From Acidobacteriota bacterium (GTDB taxonomy: Bacteria; Acidobacteriota; Thermoanaerobaculia; Multivoradales; UBA5704), in NCBI GenBank assembly GCA_040005235.1, contig JBDTZG010000009.1, forward strand, positions 32,001 through 96,000: a DNA stretch of 64,000 nucleotides. The letters are read 5' to 3'. The notes beneath the pieces are model-generated. The model made no database searches, was not told where the DNA came from, and saw only the letters and a list, made by a program, of their open reading frames with translations. The position numbers were made by a program, and so were the translations under genes. Positions 61,633 to 64,000 of the stretch are shown here, one piece after another; within the stretch, counting starts at the first letter, position 1; the number at the start of each line of letters is the position of its first letter.

Positions 61633-64000
61633 ATGCGCCGACACGCCCTTCTCGCCTGCCTCGCTTTCGGGCTCGCTCCCCACCTCGGCGCCCAAGTTCT
61701 GGCGCCGTATCTCGTCGCCGACATCAACACGCAGACCGATGCGATGGGTTCCGATCCGATGCCGATCGGCAGCATCGGCGGCCGGGCGCTTCTGTTGGTC
61801 GGGCAGAGGCGAGAGCTTTGGTCGAGCGACGGCAGCGAGGCGGGGACCACGCCGCTCGTCCAGACCGCGGGTTTCCTTGCGTTCGCGGCCACCCCGGGCG
61901 GGCGCTTCGCCTTTCTCCGCGAGCCGGTTGGCGAGGGGTACCGCCCGTGGGTTTCGGACGGCACTCCGGCAGGGACCTACCCGCTCTCGGTGGCGCCGTT
62001 TGCAGGTTCATTCATGCAGTTTCAGCGGCGGTGGCTCCACCTGCCGGGCACCGACCGGATCTATTTCGGCGGCGACCGGGATGGCTTGGGTTACGAGCTT
62101 TGGACCACCGACGGCACCGCGGGGGGGACCCGGCTCGTCGCCGATCTCGCGGCGGGGCCGGACGGGTCAGAGCCGCACGAGCTGACGCTCTTCCGCGGCC
62201 GGGTCTATTTCGCCGCCGACGACGGGCGCGGCGATTCGCTCTGGACCACCAACGGCACGACCAACGGTACCCGGTTGATCTCCGACCCCGACCCGCAAAG
62301 CCGGCAGAGCAACGGCCCGCGCTTCTTGAAGGTGGTCGGACAGACCCTGTTTTACTTTCTCGAACGGCCGGACGGCTGGTCGCTGTGGAAGAGCGACGGC
62401 ACGAAGCCGGGCACGCGCCAGATCGCCCGCCTCCCGGTTCGCCCCTCGTCGCAATTCGACCTGCCGCAGGGGGTCTCCCACCTCGGCAAACTGTTCTTCA
62501 TCGCCGAGCCGGTGACCGGGGGCGGGGGCGCGCAGCTCTGGGCCTCGGACGGCACGGCGGCCGGCACGCGCGCGGTTGCCTCGTTTCCAACCGGAGACCC
62601 TCTCGCGTTCCGGCTCTCCGCGATCCAGCCGGCGGGGCAGCTGCTGTTCGCCGCGGACGAGCCGGTCCGCGGCCGCGAGTTGTGGACCACCAACGGACTC
62701 CCCGGCGGCGCCCGGCTGCTCAAGGACATCTGCCCCGGCCCCTGCGACGGCCTGGATTTCGAGCCGTTTCTTGAGTTCGGCGGCCGGCTCTGGCTGCGGG
62801 GCTCAACCCCGGCGCAAGGCATCGAGCTCTGGACCACCGACGGCACGACGGCCGGCACGCGCCTATTCAAAGATCTCTGCCCGGGCAGCTGTTCGGCCCG
62901 GCCCCGGCAGCTCGGCCTCATCGGAGCAACGCTCTACCTCTCGGCCTCGGACGGCCAGGCCGAGCAGCTCTGGCGCACCACCGGCACGCCCGCCGGCACC
63001 GTTCGCCTGACTCAGGCACCCAATGCGCTCGGCGGAATCCTGCCGATGGGGGCCGTCGCCGGTGCCGCGTTTCTCTTCAGCGGCACCGACCCCGTGCACG
63101 GCCGAGAGCTCTGGAAGACGACCGGGACCGTCGCCTCGACCGGGCTGCTGGCCGACCTCGCCGACGACCCGTCGGCCAGCTCGAACCCCCACGATTTGGT
63201 ACGGGCGGGAACACGGGCGATCTTTCTCGCCGACGATGGCGTCCATACGGGGCGCATCTGGTCGAGCGACGGCACGACGGCCGGCACCCGGCGGCTGCCC
63301 TTCGAGACCGGAGAGTTCGCCGAAGAGCTCGGGTTCGCGCATGCGGTCGCCGCCGAGCATTTCGCCTACCTGTACCGGGGGGCCATCCGGGAACGGGCGC
63401 TCTGGCGTTCGGATGGCACGACGGCAGGGACGTTTCCGGTCACCCCCCCGGGGCTCCGCGAGTCACCCGATGGGGTTGCCCCGTTGGGGCTCGGCGACCG
63501 GGCGTATTTCGTCGGCACCGACACCGCGCACGGCGAGGAGCTCTGGGCCACCGACGGAACCGCCGCCAGCACCCACCTGGTGGCCGAAAGCCGGCCCGGC
63601 CCGCAAGGCTCCCGCCCGGATCACCTGGAGCCGTTCTTGGGCGGGCAGCTGCTGTTCGAAGCGAGCGACGAGCTGATCAACACCCGGCCCTATGTGACAA
63701 ACGGTACCGCCGCCAGCACCCGCCTGCTGGAAGAGGCCTATCCGTTTCTCGGCGAGGTGGGCGAGCACACCCTCGCGGGAAACAAGTTCTTCTTCCTCCG
63801 CCCCGACGCCACGCTCTGGGTGAGCGACGGCACGGCCGCCGGAACCCTGCTCGTTTCGCCGGAAGGCGTGCAGTCCCTCGCGCTCTTTGCCGCGGGCGGC
63901 AAGGTTTTATTCTCCGCTAGCTCCGGCGGCGAGACCTACCTGGGCGTCTACGTGAGCGACGGGACCGCCGCGGGAACTAAGCTCGTCGGCAGCGACTTCG
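61633..64000 (+). CDS. Second secreted ELWxxDGT-repeat protein, partial (continues past the right edge)
   Basis: Translated by hand: MRRHALLACLAFGLAPHLGAQVLAPYLVADIN...; repeats ELWSSDGS, ELWTTDGT, LWKSDGT, ELWATDGT. Confidence 0.88.
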   Translation, partial: MRRHALLACLAFGLAPHLGAQVLAPYLVADINTQTDAMGSDPMPIGSIGGRALLLVGQRRELWSSDGSEAGTTPLVQTAGFLAFAATPGGRFAFLREPVGEGYRPWVSDGTPAGTYPLSVAPFAGSFMQFQRRWLHLPGTDRIYFGGDRDGLGYELWTTDGTAGGTRLVADLAAGPDGSEPHELTLFRGRVYFAADDGRGDSLWTTNGTTNGTRLISDPDPQSRQSNGPRFLKVVGQTLFYFLERPDGWSLWKSDGTKPGTRQIARLPVRPSSQFDLPQGVSHLGKLFFIAEPVTGGGGAQLWASDGTAAGTRAVASFPTGDPLAFRLSAIQPAGQLLFAADEPVRGRELWTTNGLPGGARLLKDICPGPCDGLDFEPFLEFGGRLWLRGSTPAQGIELWTTDGTTAGTRLFKDLCPGSCSARPRQLGLIGATLYLSASDGQAEQLWRTTGTPAGTVRLTQAPNALGGILPMGAVAGAAFLFSGTDPVHGRELWKTTGTVASTGLLADLADDPSASSNPHDLVRAGTRAIFLADDGVHTGRIWSSDGTTAGTRRLPFETGEFAEELGFAHAVAAEHFAYLYRGAIRERALWRSDGTTAGTFPVTPPGLRESPDGVAPLGLGDRAYFVGTDTAHGEELWATDGTAASTHLVAESRPGPQGSRPDHLEPFLGGQLLFEASDELINTRPYVTNGTAASTRLLEEAYPFLGEVGEHTLAGNKFFFLRPDATLWVSDGTAAGTLLVSPEGVQSLALFAAGGKVLFSASSGGETYLGVYVSDGTAAGTKLVGSDF

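Noticed and set aside
57972-64000. Regularly spaced GACGGCAC-type DNA repeats as a CRISPR array
   Set aside because: They are the coding ELWxxDGT protein repeats: degenerate at third codon positions, in frame, and with no cas genes.

Overview
High-GC bacterial window, probably Acidobacteriota (Thermoanaerobaculia-like); this is inferred from protein styles, not from a marker gene. (1) 1-28579, minus strand: the 5' part of a lipopeptide NRPS cluster. Order: SyrD/PvdE-type exporter; FAAL-ACP-(C-A-T)x3-C; I-A(MT)-T-C-A-T-C; TauD/SyrP-like dioxygenase; I-A(MT)-T (runs off the left edge). A-domain codes read by eye give fatty acyl-Ala-Thr-Ser-Gln*-Asn-Glu*-... Both starred modules pair a catalytically dead interface (I) domain with an FkbM-type methyltransferase inserted in the A domain, which suggests beta-hydroxylation followed by O-methylation. 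(2) tRNA-Lys(UUU), purA, ccsA/hemX-hemACD, msrA, a decayed BNR-repeat pseudogene, a class I HMG-CoA reductase with an extra N-terminal domain, a secreted repeat protein and an HD hydrolase. (3) 40969-57643: a complete group 2a (Huc-like) [NiFe]-hydrogenase locus with hypABCDEF, accessory genes, an embedded GAF-GAF histidine kinase/NarL-type regulator pair, and a HucM-like protein whose core module is tandemly duplicated. (4) Two tandem secreted ELWxxDGT-repeat genes; the first is frameshifted and the second runs off the right edge. All calls come from motif reading and recall; no database searches were run.
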